Positions 25,793-37,880 of a DNA stretch of 64,000 nucleotides are shown in pieces; positions within the stretch are counted from its first letter, which is position 1, and each line of letters begins with the position of its first letter. A program made the position numbers and the translations under genes. A model generated the notes under the pieces. It had not been told where the DNA came from and ran no database searches. It saw only the letters and a program-made list of their open reading frames with translations. The stretch is from Utricularia gibba (taxonomy: Eukaryota; Plantae; Magnoliophyta), in contig NEEC01000009.1 of NCBI GenBank assembly GCA_002189035.1, forward strand, positions 2,046,001 to 2,110,000, given 5' to 3'.

Positions 25793-26922
25793 CGGGCGCG
25801 GGAAGTCGTTCCACGGAATTCCGGCAATATGCAAAGACAGAAATGGATAAAAGAAACAATTTCACTTCCCAGATCTTCGATTCACAGCTCCCGAAAGCGA
25901 AATCGAGCCCTAGTATTCTCCCACAGCACAAAACCCCTTTCCCCGGACGCGAAACGGAACCCCAAATTCGCTTAGCAAACGCGTTCTTTCTCTCTCTTAT
26001 GATCTTATCTGGCAGCTTTTTCCCTTTGCAAGTGAGTGCACCCACTTTTCGTATCTTACTTTTATTACCCTATCCTCATGTGAAATTACAAAAAACAAGC
26101 GAGGAAGTCTCCCAAATCCCCACCCAACCGGGGGGTATTTCAGGTATTGTCACAGAAAGGACGGTACTACCCCTGAAATTTGGGCCCGCTTGTAAAAAGG
26201 TAAAATTTCTGAGGCGAATATATAATAAATGAGGTTTGATCGGCCGTACTCAATTTTCCGGATACCCTAAATCATAAATGGCCATCATCAATGATGCGTT
26301 CAATGGTGTATGATGATAACACGTGTCATAAAAAAAGGAACAATTCGCGGGCTAACACACCAGACAGGCAAAGGTAGAGAGAATGTGATCCCATGCAACT
26401 GACCCAACCCCAGAGAGAGCTACACACTCCTATGCTAATGCTATCTTTTTATATGACATTATGTTATTTTAACACTCAATCATTATAATTTTACTATTTT
26501 TTTTACCTGACGCAAGATTAAAATATCCTTCTATCAACATATATATGACTGCGGAACCAGAGTGCAGTCTCTTTTTAGTTGGAGCTTTCCAAGATAAAAC
26601 ATAAACAAAACTGAATAAAATAAAGAGCAGATGAGTAAATAAACTGATAGTTCTTCGCAAGTGTTCCAAGGTTGTGTAAGAATAGTTACATGGCCCACAC
26701 CTTCTAACTGGCATTTTTTTTTAATGTGCTAAATAAACAACAACCGGCAACATGAGGGGTGTACTAACCGGTGGACCGGCACCCGTTGAAGATCCAGATA
26801 TAAAGAGACAAAGAGGTACAAAACTTATGTTTTTGTCATGAGGGGAAATGTATAAAAAAAAATTTTAGTATACGCCATCTGTCTACCTACCAGGAATTGC
26901 TTTCTTGATTCTGTGTGTCTGT

Positions 26923-29839
26923 CTACGTCCAGAGGTTTTCCCTGAGGTGTTCTCGAACAATAACCGCTACACTTGTAGGAGGGATCTGAAAGGCAAAACA
27001 AAGAACTAAACATTAAAACCAGATGAGCGAATTGGAATCATGGTTCCCTCATCTCCTGCAGTGCTCTCCTTGGTTGTATTTTCACGCACAATCCAAAATC
27101 GGATAAACAAATCCTCAAAAACCTGACAAATCTTTACACCACTGATAAAAAGCATTGATGAACTAACCATGCCGAAGTCCGTTATGATCATTGATACATA
27201 GTCTGGTGGGGTTGCATCATAACTGAAATGAAGTGAGGATGAGTTGAATTGGAGCATACGTAAACCCCAATAACACCTAGTGGATTACTAGATGACCATT
27301 TTTCTAATATCACAACGCACCTGAGGTTCAAGAGTTGTAGATTTTCTGTACTGGACCAGTTGCCTGGATAGGAGACTTCCTTTCTTCCAGGAACCTTGGA
27401 AATAACATCAGGATCACCTGCGTCAATGTTAGAAAAAAAAATATAAGGTTCATTGTCTCGGACAAGCCATCAGATGTTTAAGAAACAGAATATTTCATGT
27501 ACCAAGCTCATTGAAGCAAATTGAGTCAAGCTGAACCCTTTCATGAAACTTGTATGCTTCGCAGCATATCAACACTGGGACATGATATTGATTTGCTACC
27601 ATGGCAACACATGCAGTGCCCACCCTTGAGTATACCATACCATTGGACAGTATTGATGATGCACCCAAAATTACTCTTGTCACTTCAGGCATGATGTAAG
27701 AAACAGCATTGATATGTGTATAGGTGCACGGGATGCCCATTCTAATGAGCCTAGTGAGTAACTTCTTGCCTTCGAGCTTTGGACGAGAGTCCACTACCAC
27801 CACTCGGAACTTCTTACCAAGCTCATGAGCGTGCAAAAGTATCATTTCAACAGTCGAAGATGATGCATATGTGAGAAGGACATCACCATCCGTGATTTTT
27901 GTGACAGCATGATTCATGATGGCTTTGACAGCAAGAATTATTCTCTCCATTATAAAGCGGTCAATATCAGAGACGATCTTTGCTTTTGCCTCTGTCTCAG
28001 ACAGATGCAGAGGCAACTTACTAATCTGCGCCTTGAGAAATCTAATGACATTTCCCATGCTAACTGAAAGGGGCCTACATTCTGAAAGAAAAGAAACGTT
28101 GCCATTTATTTTTGCAGTCAGGTCCCGAATAAGTGACTTATCTGGCGGAGTTGAGTAATTTTTAATGAACTCCTGAAATCCTTGAAGCATAGCAATACAA
28201 CGAGCATTGCCTCCACTTATATCACCAGCTAAATACCTCAATCCAACCTGGCATGAGCAATTTCATGACAGTTGTTAAAAATATGTAATTTGATGAAAGA
28301 AAAAAAAGGGATATCCTTTACAAACTACTTCATCAGCCCTTGACATGACATTGATCTAGAATGCAGAAATTAATAAATGAAGAAGAATATCAGAGACGCT
28401 ACCTTGTAAATAACAGGATGAACGGTATCAAGCTTGAAAAGCTTGGACTCCAGATCAGGCAGCCATGCTCCATGTTCATACTGAGGAAGATGTCTGAAGA
28501 GTTCTACTCTGTTCTTGGATTCATTTTTTTCAACAAATGATCGCCTTTTGGCCTTCTGGACTCTGCTCGAATCATCAAACTGCATCCTAGGATGAGGGAC
28601 ATCTTTCTTCTTATCTTTACTTGGCTGATGATCAACAATTCTACTCTCAGAAACCCCAGTGGGTAAGTTTTGTTTTTTCTGTTGAAGAACCTTTGAAGGG
28701 TTTCCAGTATTAGAATTCACAGCATTGGCAACGGAAACAGAAACTGTAGCAACAGTAGATCCCTTACTTCCTTCACCTGAAGACAGGGAATAAATACTTC
28801 AATATATTGACCAAAATAATCGTAGGAAAGGCAGCACAAGCCAAAAGTCCAATTTCTCTGTAAGCGCTAAAGCTACCACCCTATGATCCAGCATTGAATT
28901 TATGACACGAAGTACAATGATTGACTGTGATATCGGCTACATAGCTCAGCTGAACATCACATTCTGGTTCGTAGTCCAAACATATCACTGAATTAATATC
29001 ACTATTATGGTTAGCTCGGTAACTACTTTCAAGAGAGCATTCCCCTAAAGGCTGATGCAGTTCACTGCATATTATACAGAACCCCATCTCAGAAATGAGC
29101 ATTAGATAGATAGACATCATCAACAATCCTATCATAATAACGCAGCACCAAACTACTACAACGCATAGAATGTCAACGAAAACTGTTAAAATTAACCTCT
29201 TGCCGCAGCCTTCGCTGCTCTCTGCGCCTCTTGTATGGCACGTCTCTCCGCTTTAGACGTCTTCTCCTTTAAAGGCTTCACAGACATTACCTTCTTCCCC
29301 TGCGTATCTGCATTTCGATTTTAGACGTATAGCGGCATAAAAACACCAAAACTATTTCCAAACAACAAATAGATTTATTGATGTCTACCTGCGGGTAAAG
29401 TAATAACAGTATCCTGTTTAGCTAACTCAATATCAAAACTGCCAATAGGCAAAGAATTCGAGAATTTCTCAGAGACCTTCCCACAACCCAAGAGATGCGG
29501 CAATGCCTCATCGATGAATTCCGTGGTTGCAGCAGATGACTGAAACTCGGACGGGTTGTAACTTCCCGGTAGAACAGAAGAATCCGCACCTCCGTTAGCA
29601 CCCTGGATAATGGACTGATCAGCATGGCGCGAGAGGCCAGTTGACGTGTATAACGGCGGCGGAATCATCACTGGTGACATGGAGTTAACGGAAGCGGAAA
29701 CGTCGGATAAAGGAGGCGATGATACGCCGGCATGCTGCGGAAACAACTGGGAAATGTTCGTCTGAATCCCCGGGGCGAAGAAGCCGACCTGCCGGACCTT
29801 GGGATCGGTGACGATTCGAGGAATCTGGCGACCACCCAT
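26923..29839 (-). CDS. Translation initiation factor eIF2B subunit delta
   Basis: Motifs DPKVRQVGFF, KTSKAERRAIQEAQRAAKAA, RVELFRHLPQYE, GGNARCIAML, VVDSRPKLEG, CEAYKFHERVQLDSIC, YDATPPDYVSMIITDFGM, IPPTSVAVIVRE. Confidence 0.93.
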
Positions 29840-30142
29840 AAAAGTCCTTGCCGGTTGCTGATTGAAACCTTCTTTAGTTTCTGTGTGTTGGTCACCTTCA
29901 CAGAATGCGGTTATGCAGGAAATGGGCCTGAATCGTACGGTAATCGAAGCAGAATGGGCCTGTGATTTAAAAAGGCGAAATTTCCTTTATAAATTCTATT
30001 TATAGTAATTTAATAAATGAGACCTCGTCAGTCGTCACCCAGAAGATTATTCCGATGTTTGACTTGTCGTTCTTCGTTTCCGCGTTAGTTTCTTGTTTTT
30101 CTCAGCTTTGAGTTCAACGATTTTTCATTCTGATTCAGAGAA
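29840..30142. promoter_or_regulatory. 303-bp head-to-head (probably bidirectional) promoter between eIF2B-delta and LYK4-like
   Basis: Start codons at 29839 (-) and 30143 (+). Site II motifs TGGGCC at 29923 and 29955; W-box TTGACT at 30059-30064. Confidence 0.6.
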
Positions 30143-32020
30143 ATGGATCGTTTCTTGGAGATTCTCATCTTCTTCGTTTCAGTTTTCCCTTTGATTCTGG
30201 GCCAGCAACCTTACGAAGGAGCGGGAACAACCGATTGTAACACAGCGACCACTTCCACCGGACTCTTCGGTTACACCTGCAACGGCGCCTTGCGGAGCTG
30301 CCAATCTTTCCTTACTTTCCGATCAAGTCCGCCGTACACTAGTGTCGGCTCTATTTCCACTCTACTGGGGGTTAACTCTGCTGAAATGGCGAGGATCAAC
30401 TCAGTTTCCGTAAACGAGACTCTGGAGATCGATTCTATGGTTATTGTTCCTGTAACGTGTTCTTGCTCCGGTCAGTATTATCAATTCAATGCTTCGTATG
30501 TTATCGCCGGGGCGACCACGTACTTCGATATTGCAAACGGTACTTTTCAGGGGCTATCCAATTGTCAGGCTATTATAGCGCAGAACTCGATTGCGCCGAA
30601 TAATCTGAGAATTGGCGACAACATCAGGGTGCCGCTCAGATGCGCTTGCCCGACGAGGAATCAAACGGATGCTGGTGTAAATTTTTTGATGAGCTATTTG
30701 ATCACTTGGAATCAAATTATTTCGGGTATCAGTAGCTTGTTTGGGGTTGATTCATCAGCAGTGCTTGCTGCAAATGAAATGTCTCCAAATACACTAATCA
30801 ATCCGTTTACTACACTTCTGATTCCGCTCCAGAATTTTCCGACGAGGAATCAGCTAAACGTACCTCAGCCACCCCCTCCACCAGCAGGAAGCGGCTTACC
30901 GTCCAACCCACCAGGGGATGGCGGTAGATCAAGTAGAACTTGGGTTTATGTTGTTGTTGGTGTTGTTGGAGGTGCTGCTGTGGTGGTTTTGGGTGTAGTT
31001 TTGTGTATCTGCTTAAGGAAACAGGGAATGAAGAAGAAGCATGATCCTGCTACTTCTTCTCAGAGCTTTGAATCCGTGATAAAACCTGAGAAGAAGACTG
31101 ATGATTTTGATGAATCTCAGTCACAGTTCTTCCTTGAGAATCTTTCTAAGATAGCACAATCTGCGAAGGTGTACTCCTTTGAAGAATTGAAGGAAGCAAC
31201 TCAAGATTTCAGCCCAAGCTGCTCAATCACGGGATCAGTTTACCGGGGAGTGATCAATGGTGATCTTGCTGCAATCAAGAGAATGAATGGAGATGTTTCA
31301 GATGAAATCAAACTGCTCAACAAGATCAACCATTTCAATGTGATACGTTTATCCGGTGTTGCATTTCATGAAGGGTATTGGTACCTTGTCTACGAATATG
31401 CTTCGAACGGGCCATTACAAGATTGGATTCACAGCATGACTCCAGAAAGGAAACTGGATTGGAACCAGAGGCTGCAGATTGTTTTGGATGTAGCTACAGG
31501 GCTTAACTATCTCCATCGTTTCACTTCTCCCCCTTATGTGCACAAGGATTTGAATAGCAGCAACGTTCTACTTGATCAGAATTTCAGAGCCAAGATTGCA
31601 AATTTCGGGCAGGCACGATCTGTCGAGGGAGAAGGCGAATTTGCCTTAACCAGGCATATTGTTGGAACAAAAGGATACATGCCTCCGGAGTACATGCAGG
31701 CTGGATTAGTTTCTCCAAAGATGGATGTTTATGCATTTGGTGTCCTGTTACTGGAGATTTTCACAGGGAAAGAAGCCTCCCAGCTCCCTGAAAGTGAAAT
31801 CAAGGATATAACAAATGAGTCAACTCCTGAAAATGAGAGACTGCAGAAGCTAATGAGCCTTGCGGGTCCATTGCAAGACCATTTCCCCCATGACATCGCC
31901 CTCGTGTTGTTCAGAATCATGGAAAGTTGCCTTGAAAGGGATCCGTCCAATCGCCCTGACATGAATGCTGTTTCTCAGACCATATCAAGAATTAGATCTT
32001 CCACAATGTCCGGAGAATGA
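30143..32020 (+). CDS. LYK4: LysM receptor-like (pseudo)kinase, LYK4/LYR3-type
   Basis: Intronless 625-aa ORF: signal peptide, QQPYEGAGTTDC, three LysM modules separated by CSC and CAC, TM segment. The kinase lacks the Gly-rich loop (ITGSVYRG) and has HKDLNSSN and NFG in place of HRD and DFG. Confidence 0.9.
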   Translation: MDRFLEILIFFVSVFPLILGQQPYEGAGTTDCNTATTSTGLFGYTCNGALRSCQSFLTFRSSPPYTSVGSISTLLGVNSAEMARINSVSVNETLEIDSMVIVPVTCSCSGQYYQFNASYVIAGATTYFDIANGTFQGLSNCQAIIAQNSIAPNNLRIGDNIRVPLRCACPTRNQTDAGVNFLMSYLITWNQIISGISSLFGVDSSAVLAANEMSPNTLINPFTTLLIPLQNFPTRNQLNVPQPPPPPAGSGLPSNPPGDGGRSSRTWVYVVVGVVGGAAVVVLGVVLCICLRKQGMKKKHDPATSSQSFESVIKPEKKTDDFDESQSQFFLENLSKIAQSAKVYSFEELKEATQDFSPSCSITGSVYRGVINGDLAAIKRMNGDVSDEIKLLNKINHFNVIRLSGVAFHEGYWYLVYEYASNGPLQDWIHSMTPERKLDWNQRLQIVLDVATGLNYLHRFTSPPYVHKDLNSSNVLLDQNFRAKIANFGQARSVEGEGEFALTRHIVGTKGYMPPEYMQAGLVSPKMDVYAFGVLLLEIFTGKEASQLPESEIKDITNESTPENERLQKLMSLAGPLQDHFPHDIALVLFRIMESCLERDPSNRPDMNAVSQTISRIRSSTMSGE

Positions 32021-32285
32021 CTTGTCAACATCTCAGAGAACCAGACACCACCTGCATGATAGAAACTTCAGGTTCTAAGTGTACAACACTCATGAGTTTC
32101 GATAACTGTTGTTGTCATTTTCCATTTGATGTATCACGGTGCAAGGAGGATTAAAAGTTGTTACCAAGTTGCATTCGTGGGAGAGTGCTAAGTCAGCAAC
32201 TTGAGTTGAAAAGATAGCGTACCTTTGAGTGCAATCGATATGGAACCAACCTTTTTATTACTCAACACTTGCGTTTTCTTCATCA

Positions 32286-33772
32286 ATGGACATGGCTGCA
32301 ACCACTCAAACCTTGCAAAATCTCTCCCTAATCCTCATCATCTCCCTCCTTCCTGCAACCATCTCAGTCGATTTCAACTATCCAGCAGTTTTTAACTTTG
32401 GAGACTCGAATTCTGACACCGGGGGACTGGTTTCTGGACTTGGTGAATCCCTTGAACCACCAAATGGCCAGAGTTACTTCCAGAGGCCGTCTGGACGGTT
32501 CTGTGATGGCCGTTTGATCATAGATTTCCTGGGTTAGATTCACTCTTGTGTCCTCAACATGAGAGCATTTTCTGAGAGAAATTATTTCCTGTATGCTAAA
32601 CATTGAGTGTTTGATATGACAGTGGACGCAATGGACCTGCCATTGCTGAATCCATATCTGGATTCAATAGGAACACCAAGTTTCAGACAAGGATGCAACT
32701 TTGCTGCGGCGGGATCCACTATACTTCCAGCAACTGCATCCTCTGTCAGCCCCTTTTCATTCGGAATTCAAGTTGCTCAGTTTCTCAGATTCAAGGCAAA
32801 AGTTCTGGATATCTGGGCTAAAAGTACTTTGCTCCTTATATTTCTACAATAGCTTAAAATCATTCAACCTTATTCACTTATTTCATATTCACCTGCAGCT
32901 AGGAAATATGACAAGTATATCCCAGCTAAAGATTATTTTCAGAAGGCACTCTACACATTTGACATAGGCCAGAATGATCTAGCTGGTGCCTTCTATTCCA
33001 AGACACTAGATCAAGTTCTTGCATCAGTTCCAAGCATTCTTTCAGTATTTGAAAATGGAATCGAGGTTAGTGAGGCTAAGCTGCATTCTTTCTCTTCATA
33101 TTGCGAAGCATTTCAGTGTTCATGTTCATCTTTCGCTTTGCAGACTTTATACAAAGAAGGGGCACGAAACTTTTGGGTTCACAACACCGGTCCTCTTGGA
33201 TGCCTACCTCAGAACATAGTTACCTTTGGAACAGACACATCAAAGATGGATGAGCTTGGGTGTGTTGCCTCCCACAATCAGGCCTCAAGACTTCTAAATC
33301 TGCAACTTCAAGCACTATGCAAAAAGTTGCAGGGCCAATACAGAGATGCAAATTTTACATACACTGATATCTTCACAATCAAGACTAATCTAATTACCAA
33401 ATACATGAAATACGGTAAGCAGACAAACTACTTGCAGTCAACACATTCTTCCAGATACATGATAATGTTTATAACCTGAAAATGCAACCTGATTACCTTA
33501 CAGGGTTTGAGCAGCCACTGATGGCCTGTTGTGGGTATGGAGGTCCACCATTCAACTATGACATCAGAATCCCCTGTGGCCAAACAAAAGTTCTCAATGA
33601 AAGTTCCATCACAGCCGGAGGCTGCAATGACAGTACGGTATATGTGATCTGGGATGGAATCCACTACACCGAAGCTGCAAACCAGCATGTTGCAAACCAG
33701 ATTCTCACAGGAAAATACTCTGACCCACCATTTGCTGACAAAATGCCCTTTCTCTTGAAGCTAAGATTCTGA
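32286..33772 (+). CDS. GDSL esterase/lipase (At1g54790-like)
   Basis: [51 protein letters not shown]; five exons; ends [10 protein letters not shown]. Confidence 0.93.
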
Positions 33773-33976
33773 GACATCTGCTTATCATTCTTTATTGTAT
33801 TTCTTCATGAACAGTATATTACTGGTTACAATATCAAGTAAAGAGAACACAAGAGATAACGGAAATGTTCTTGTAAACATCTCCTCTGATGCACAACACC
33901 ATAGAAGCATTGTGTACAGTTCAACTCAACTCAAACACAAAATAAAAACCCCGAAAACAGAAAAAGATGAATGTTT

Positions 33977-35082
33977 TCATTTCTTGGACACATAGGCATA
34001 GTACTGCGCCATGGGGACGACAAAAGCTATAACCAACAATCCCCCAACAACAAGAGTGAACTGACCCCTTTTTTCATCTGTCTCTTCCCGAGTTTTGAAG
34101 TTTGATTCCCTTTTGTTGTCTTTCACCTGCGGACCGCCTGGATCAGGAAGACCATCGATTGCAGCCACTAGACGGTTGGAGGCAGTAAGTAATGCTTCGT
34201 TGTACTTCTCCTCTGTAGCTAGAACTGCAAAATGGAAACACAGGTAACACCTTGGAACAGAACATCTACAAGTCTGCTCCAAAACTCCATTTCATATCAT
34301 GATTATACATCATAAAAAGCATGCACTTGATTGAAAATCTCATGATTTGATCCCCTTCATTGAACCATAACTTCTGATATCAAAACAAGGAGATGAATAA
34401 TACCAGGAAGATTTTCAGATACGACGGCGTCAAGGATTGAATCGCCGACGGCTTGGACGAAACCAGGGCCTCCAGTAACTGCTCCTTCCTTTTGGCTGGT
34501 GACAAGTATCACTATGCCTTTGTTATTACCTTCGTCAACCGTTGGGTACCATCGTTCTAGTACTTGATCAGCATACTCAAATGCATCAGCTTTACTCTTA
34601 AATCAATGAACAGAATCAAGTCAATACAAAATGATCGATCACCCAGAACGTCTAGCATTAAGCTTCACCATCGGACTTACAGTGAGTTTGCGGACAGTGA
34701 CAACATTGATATGGTAGCCTTTTCTGGACTCCAAATCCGACAACAATCTCTTCAAATCGAACTTCGTAAGGCGACTTAGCACACCAGCATCGTCGACAAC
34801 GTAGGAATCTTTTGGAGGGCCCTCATTCAGGACATCGAATTCAGATGCCAACGCAGTGTGCGTAAGACCCGGTAAAGAAAAGCTGATAGCCAGAGAAATG
34901 GCGGCTGCAGCTAGTCCCTGATGTACACTCGATACCCATCTTGGTGGTTTGTAAACAGGCGATTCAAAATTATCCCTTTTGAGATTGCAAGAAATGGGTT
35001 TCAGCCCAGATACAGCATTCAAGCTGCGGTTTGAAGGAATCTGAAGAGGGGAGAAGCAGCGTAGGGAGAGGATGGTTTCCAT
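33977..35082 (-). CDS. TLP18.3: Thylakoid lumen TPM-domain protein TLP18.3 (At1g54780-like)
   Basis: Bipartite transit peptide, YVVDDAGVLSR, KADAFEYADQVLERWYP, NFKTREET, C-terminal TM GLLVIAFVVPMAQYYAYVSKK*. Confidence 0.93.
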
Positions 35083-35524
35083 TGAAGCGCTTATCAGGAA
35101 GGTGGAGATTTTCGGATTTCATCATTAAAAATTTCTCCTTTTTTCTCATTTGAGATTTTTTATGATCGTCTCATTTCTCACCCATGTCCTCCCTATCCAC
35201 TCATCGGAAAGTTGGGGCCCCTGACTCATCTTCGAATGAAACTCTTTCAGCCTAAACAGAGCTCTCGGACTTCCTTGTTCTCCATATGCTCCTTAAACCA
35301 GGATCCCTGTAGTTGTGATGAAATTAGCGGGGGATCCAATTTCAAAAACAGAATGGAAAATGTCATGGTGAGAAGTAGTGGGCAAGTTTTACTACACATG
35401 AGGTAGCATATGGAGCATCTTTACACAAATTCATCAGCTGATGATATGAAGTCTCATCACTTATTTTCTTCCTCATCTTATGCTCTGTAAAATCTCTCAA
35501 CTGGAAAGAATACGGCCATGGGAG

Positions 35525-37880
35525 CTAACAGGGAAATACCCCTGTAAGCCGAATGTGGTCAAGAGTTCTCCTCAGGCCATACTTGAGAACTGCCTTGTTT
35601 CCTTGCTTGAAGCCTTCTCCATAAGCAGCAGAAGTGTCTGACTCAATCTGGTGTTTGAAGAAGGCACCAAGTTTTTTCTCAAACTCGGATCGTCTGCCCT
35701 TCTTTGACGATGATCCTGTTGAAGAAGAAGCCACGGATGAAGATGACGCAGCTGATGAAGAAGCTACACTGCTCCCGGCGACAGAAATCACTTCAGATTC
35801 CAACCACAGATGAGCCATCACTTGGCATATTCCTTCCTCCACTTCTGGTCTAAGATTTGGGTAGCCTGATAAAGGAATGATTTTCCTCTTCAACAAACAT
35901 GGAAACAACAGGATCAATGAAAAAACATCTCATATACCCTTTAGTCTTAGCCATGCATGCATCATCTCATGAGCCAAGATAGAGCCTGTTAACAGCCTGC
36001 AACCATGGAAGCTAAGTCATGAGCAGGCCCAGATGCGGTAGAAAATCTTCAACAACCAGAGGCATCATTATTACCTAGGGAGACCATACAAAATGAGAAT
36101 TGCTGTAACTTCACAGTGGCGGACAAGCATATAAGGCTCCGTGAACATATTCAGTATTCGGTATCCTCCAATTCTGGGACGCCTTGAAACCTTATGTTTT
36201 CAATGAAATACGAGAGTGAAGGTCACTCTAGCAGGGGTACAAGCTAAAATGCGTCAAGATGCAGCATGTAGAATGCAATACCATGCTGATGGTCCGTTCT
36301 TCCGACAGACAAATTCCCCTTGTCTCAGGCATGTGGTGATGACCCTGGAAATAGGCTTATGTCAGTAAGGGAAGCCACTTATTGAAGCATGACCACTAGC
36401 AAACACGTAGAGCTTACTTGTCTCTCCCCTTCCATGGCTTCGTTCAGGGCTTGTCTCTCAACTAGAAGCAATGGGATTTGCTGCTCCACCTTCATGTTTA
36501 AACCCTCGTAGAACTCTTGTATCTCAAGGTAAAGAGGTTGGCACTCGTGGGTATCCATTATGGACGAATCCAAGCACTCCAGGCAAAGCTTTCTTCCATC
36601 ATCAAGAATCAGATATTTGGTGTCCACTGGCTGCATCAGATTCATGCAAGAAATCAATGCATATTCGAAAGAAAGAAGAGATCTGAAGGAAATCTCTTTG
36701 CTCACCTCCATTCTTTCACAGCTGCAGCAGCGAGGTGTGCCATCGCGCTCATGTGAAGGACAATACTTCTGGTGCCAAAACGAGTGTGCTTTATATTCAA
36801 TGAGTCCAGCACCATTTGTTGGGATCTGCAAGGACATTAATATATGTGGAAGTTAGTTTTCCAGAAACATCACAAGGACTTCCATAATTTGCTTACAAAG
36901 TGTTTGCAAACATCGCATCTGGGATGATGCAGCTCCTTGTAGCACGATTTGTGGAAAGGAAGGCCATCAGACATAGAAAACTGTAACATAAAAGAAGCCC
37001 ATTCAAGCACTACAAAGAAAAAACTACATCAGAGTTCCATAAGATTGATCATAGATGGCACCTCTCGATCAGAAATCAAAAGATTGCAAGCATGGCAACG
37101 GAAGCACTCCGGATGCCAAACAGATCCCATGGTATCAAAATACCTTCCATACCCAATTTCGCCTTTGCAGGCAGCACAAATTCTGCAGAACAAATATCTT
37201 TTAAATCCAGAAGACAATATACCACATCTTATTCTAAAGGTCATATCTTTTTGTGTGGGTAATAAACATATCAGAGAATCAGCAAATGGTCTGAAGTACC
37301 TGTTTCCTGAAGGATTTAAGAACGGGAAGTGCGGTAAAAAATCTCTATAACCATAGTGAGGTGAATGGCGAGGAACTGATGGGGGAGAAGAGCTAATATT
37401 CCAACTTTCTTGGATAGCCCTGGCAAGCTGTTCATCCTCTTCCAAATGAGACTCGTTGCCTGCATAGGTCTTTTGCGTCAGGACAACAATTAAAAGTATT
37501 TTCAAGTTTCACCCAAATTCTACTATTTAACAAATGAAGATATGCAGTAAAAATCTGTAAAAACCACAACAAAGTCTTTTGTCTCGCAGACTTACTAACT
37601 ACTTTTTTCCCCGCAGCTTCTTCTTCAGCTATTGAAAGTGCAAGAGCCCTATTTAGCTCCTCCCCTTCAGGATCTGCCCACTGATCCTACAGTAAAAATT
37701 CCAAGCTATGATTTCACACTTAACCAAAGCCATCACAATAAAGGGAGCTGTAGAGGGAAGATCCATTACCATAGGAGTAGGCGGTGCTTCCCAGCCGGTA
37801 TAATCATCATATTTCCCATGAGATTGCCCTTTCAAAACTTGGTGATTGATACCCTCAAAAATACTTTCTAACCAAGTCAT
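35525..37880 (-). CDS. DAR1: DA1/DAR ubiquitin-activated peptidase (two UIMs, LIM domain, HEMMH peptidase)
   Basis: UIMs ELNRALALSIAE and EDEQLARAIQES; LIM WHPECFRCHAC; CCSCERME; ILAHEMMHAWLRL at about 35945-35983; C-terminal FFKHQIESD. DA1 versus DAR1 is not resolved from sequence alone. Confidence 0.88.

Noticed and set aside
31141-31620. Missing Gly-loop, HRD and DFG motifs in the LysM kinase as evidence of pseudogenisation
   Set aside because: This is the normal pseudokinase state of LYR-type LysM receptors, and the ORF is intact.
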